Of a DNA stretch of 32,000 nucleotides, positions 29,503-32,000 are shown in pieces. A model generated the notes under the pieces. The model saw only the letters and a program-made list of their open reading frames with translations. It was not told where the DNA came from and searched no databases. Both the position numbers and the translations under genes were made by a program. Location: contig OZ246396.1 in NCBI GenBank assembly GCA_965230905.1, positions 1 to 32,000 on the forward strand, written 5' to 3'. Source of the DNA: Candidatus Saccharimonadota bacterium. GTDB taxonomy: Bacteria; Patescibacteriota; Gracilibacteria; UBA1369; 2-02-FULL-48-14. Position 1 is the stretch's first letter. Each line of letters begins with the position of its first letter.

Positions 29503-30051
29503 ATGGCAAAACAGGCAAAAAACACCGGACGAAACTGGTACGTGATCCACACCTATAGCGGGTATGAAGACGCGGTTCGGGAAGCGCTTCTACAGCGTAT
29601 TGAATCCATGAACATGCAAGACAAGATTTTTGATGTGATTGTGCCTAAAGAAACGCAAATTGTGGTGAAGAAAGGTAAGCCAAAAACAGAGAAAAAACGT
29701 CTTTTCCCAGGTTATGTGCTCGTGGACATGACCGTAGACGATGAATCTTGGTACGTGGTGCGAAACACCCCCAACGTGACCGGGTTCGTAGGTTCTGGAA
29801 CCATTCCAGTGCCCGTTTCTGGAGAAGAATTCGGCGTGATTCAACGTTACCTCGAAGACGACAATGCTCCTAAGTTCAAGATCACGCTCAGCAAGACGGA
29901 TCTCGTTATGGTGCTGGATGGACCTTTTGCGGGTTACGAAGGAGTGGTGAACGAAATCGATGAAGAAAAGGGTAAAGTGAAGGTAATGATCTCCATCTTC
30001 GGACGCGAAACGCCTGTGGAATTGGATTTTGATCAAGTTAAGAAGAAGTAG
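29503..30051 (+). CDS. nusG: transcription termination/antitermination factor NusG
   Basis: The NGN domain shows NWYVIHTYSGYEDAV and FPGYVLV. The KOW domain shows DGPFAGYEGVVNEIDEEKGKVKVMISIFGRETPVELDFDQV. Confidence 0.95.
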   Translation: MAKQAKNTGRNWYVIHTYSGYEDAVREALLQRIESMNMQDKIFDVIVPKETQIVVKKGKPKTEKKRLFPGYVLVDMTVDDESWYVVRNTPNVTGFVGSGTIPVPVSGEEFGVIQRYLEDDNAPKFKITLSKTDLVMVLDGPFAGYEGVVNEIDEEKGKVKVMISIFGRETPVELDFDQVKKK

Positions 30052-30121
30052 TAAGATTGGATGGCTTCGCCACTTTTTAATAGGCACTAAAGTGCCTGGC
30101 CTCCGCTACGCTGCGGTCTGC

Positions 30122-30745
30122 ATGCAGAAACTCACCCTTTTTTCGGTTCTGCTTTCTATCTCCGTGATCCTCATCGTGGGAGACATTGTCTTTCATGACT
30201 ATTTAAACGAGTTCGAAGCCACAAGCCCCGTGGAGGAAACTTCTGAAGTCGCACCTTTAGATGAAGAGGCGCCTGTGGATCTTTCGGAAGAAACGGAGCC
30301 CACTTTGATTGAGTCATCGCTGAGTGCGGCGCTGTTCACGCAGGCTGGGTTTGTGCAACCGGTGCTCAAAGACACTATTTTTTCCGGCTTGGTATTCCAG
30401 TTCATTTCTTTTGCCGATCAGGAAGAGGCCACGGTCTACCAATGGAACGTTTTTGACGGCGAGCAGTACGTTGGCAGCGTGTATGAGATGAAGTACCCTA
30501 CCGAAACCGGCAGTTTTCAGGGTTATTTGGCTCTGCGGGAGCGCGCCATGAGTCTTATGGACTTGGGAAGCGTGAACGAAGTGAACAATTATGGAAACGC
30601 GTCTTTCTACTTCAATCACAAGACCAAAGTTAAGACTGTGCACGTGGTGGTTCGCAGTGGGAATGACATTTATGGCTTTGAGTACGCACAGACGAATCAT
30701 GAAAAGATGAAAAATGTGTTTGACAGCCTAAGCCCCCTTCTGTAG
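30122..30745 (+). CDS. hypothetical membrane-anchored protein (207 aa) inserted between nusG and rplK
   Basis: ORF 30029..30745 trimmed to ATG 30122 ([24 protein letters not shown], an N-terminal TM anchor). The upstream codons overlap the nusG end. An acidic linker is followed by a ~130-aa globular part. No motif recognised. Confidence 0.6.
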   Translation: MQKLTLFSVLLSISVILIVGDIVFHDYLNEFEATSPVEETSEVAPLDEEAPVDLSEETEPTLIESSLSAALFTQAGFVQPVLKDTIFSGLVFQFISFADQEEATVYQWNVFDGEQYVGSVYEMKYPTETGSFQGYLALRERAMSLMDLGSVNEVNNYGNASFYFNHKTKVKTVHVVVRSGNDIYGFEYAQTNHEKMKNVFDSLSPLL

Positions 30746-30767
30746 AATCGCCGGGCATTTCAAATTT

Positions 30768-31196
30768 ATGGCACCAAAAAAGATTCAAGCCATCGTCAAG
30801 TTGCAGATCAACGCCGGTAAGGCGAACCCTGCACCTCCCGTAGGAACCGCCCTAGGTCCTCACGGAGTTAATCTTCAGGATTTCTGTGGAAAATTCAACG
30901 ACGCTACCCGCGCCCTTGGAGAAACCGTGATTCCTTGTGTGATTACGATTTACGAGGATCGCAGCTTCAGTTTCATTACTAAGCAGCCTCCTGCAGCGAT
31001 CTTGATCAAGAAAGCCATCAGTTTGGAAAAAGGTTCAGCCGTTCCTCACAAGGATAAGGTAGGAACCATCAACCGTGCTCAACTCGAAGAAATTGCTAAA
31101 ATTAAGATGGAAGACCTCAACGCAAACGATATTGAGGCAGCTATGAAGATCATGGCTGGAACGGCTCGAAGCATGGGAGTTAAGGTAGAGTGGTAA
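30768..31196 (+). CDS. rplK: 50S ribosomal protein L11
   Basis: The sequence [34 protein letters not shown]...[14 protein letters not shown] is unmistakably L11. Confidence 0.97.
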   Translation: MAPKKIQAIVKLQINAGKANPAPPVGTALGPHGVNLQDFCGKFNDATRALGETVIPCVITIYEDRSFSFITKQPPAAILIKKAISLEKGSAVPHKDKVGTINRAQLEEIAKIKMEDLNANDIEAAMKIMAGTARSMGVKVEW

Positions 31197-31292
31197 CACT
31201 CGCCAAAGGCGAGCGCCCCTGTTTGTCTTAAATTTCAATACGTGGGAGGTCTCGCCTAGCGCGGACCGTTTGAACCACATAACCCTCTTTGT

Positions 31293-31991
31293 ATGAAACA
31301 CGGAAAAAAGTACCGCGATGCACTCGCGAAGGTAGACGCCAACAAGCGTTATTCTTTGGCTGAGGCCGCACAACTCGTTAAGGACACCTCTACTACTAAG
31401 TTCGATGGGTCTGTTGAGATCCACTTGAACCTGGGAATCGACATCACTCAAGCGGAACAACAACTCCGTTCAACAGTGAGCCTTCCGCATGGAACTGGTA
31501 AAACGGTTCGTGTGATCGCCATTGTGAGCGAAGACAAAGTGAAGGAAGCGAAAGCAGCCGGAGCTATGGAAGCCGGAGCGGATGAACTCATTGAAAAGAT
31601 TGAAAAAGGATGGCTCGACTTCGACATCGCGGTCGCCACTCCTGATATGATGAAGAACTTGGCTAAGGTTGCTCGTCAACTTGGTCAGGCCGGACTCATG
31701 CCCAACCCTAAATCTGGAACCGTTACGCCCGATATCGTGGCTAAAATTGGTGAAGTGATGAAAGGACAGGTTGAATTCCGTAACGATAAGCTCGGAAATT
31801 TGCACAACGTGGTAGGGAAAACTTCCTTCAGCGCTAAGCAAATTGAAGAAAATGCGGCAACTTACCTCAAGGCCGTGAATGAAAAACGTCCTGGAGCCAT
31901 TAAAGGTAACTTCATCAACTCAATTACCCTGGTTTCAACCATGGGACCTGGAATCAAAGTAACTGTGAACGAAACCCTCACCGCTCTGTAA
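31293..31991 (+). CDS. rplA: 50S ribosomal protein L1
   Basis: Motifs are HGKKYRDA, FDGSVEIHLNLGID, RSTVSLPHGTGKTVRV, FDIAVATPDMM, LGQAGLMPNPKSGTV and VEFRNDK.GN.H..VGK.SF. Confidence 0.97.
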   Translation: MKHGKKYRDALAKVDANKRYSLAEAAQLVKDTSTTKFDGSVEIHLNLGIDITQAEQQLRSTVSLPHGTGKTVRVIAIVSEDKVKEAKAAGAMEAGADELIEKIEKGWLDFDIAVATPDMMKNLAKVARQLGQAGLMPNPKSGTVTPDIVAKIGEVMKGQVEFRNDKLGNLHNVVGKTSFSAKQIEENAATYLKAVNEKRPGAIKGNFINSITLVSTMGPGIKVTVNETLTAL

Positions 31992-32000
31992 AGAGAGGGT

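Noticed and set aside
1-32000. Alternative genetic code (UGA recoding, as in Gracilibacteria/Absconditabacteria, code 25 or 4).
   Set aside because: Conserved genes end at normal lengths under the standard code. TGA serves as a stop for VKOR (3134-3136), for the 12502-13098 ORF and for the HI0933 gene (11235-11237). No conserved gene is interrupted by an in-frame TGA.

Overview
The window holds about 40 tightly packed protein-coding genes from a bacterial genome. They read cleanly with the standard code: TGA is a stop at 13096-13098 and 3134-3136. I found no rRNA, tRNA or CRISPR array. Housekeeping content includes secE-nusG-rplK-rplA and six rRNA-modification enzymes (RlmK-like, RsuA/RluB-family, rlmI, rsmE, rsmG, rlmE). 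There is also a translationally coupled VKOR+DoxX pair, a ZnuA-type lipoprotein, a PolX without a PHP domain, two flavoproteins and a lone class-II fumarase/aspartase. No Shine-Dalgarno motifs are visible, all 7 convergent gene pairs overlap, and VirB2/TrbC-like pilin hairpin proteins sit beside giant PKD-repeat proteins. Together these suggest a streamlined Candidate Phyla Radiation/Patescibacteria-type organism, but that is inference only. The stand-out locus is a 9.2-kb minus-strand operon (19908-29081, putative promoter 29124-29152) divergent from secE. It has four genes: (1, 2) two paralogs, each with three tandem VirB2/TrbC-like hairpins; (3) a 1,668-aa protein fusing one such hairpin to a Cys-paired head, an acidic region, about 11 PKD/Ig-like repeats and a C-terminal TM/basic tail; (4) a 723-aa 3-TM protein with six PKD repeats. 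No T4SS ATPase, coupling protein, relaxase, pilus-assembly or sortase gene is in the window. Other notable items are an AT-rich Bro-N/DinD-like islet with an 11-mer-repeat mini-protein, and a SET-domain methyltransferase between rsmG and rlmE. There is also a nested inverted-repeat element upstream of the fumarase/aspartase gene, and an extra gene between nusG and rplK. All family assignments come from motif recognition by eye and memory; no searches were run.
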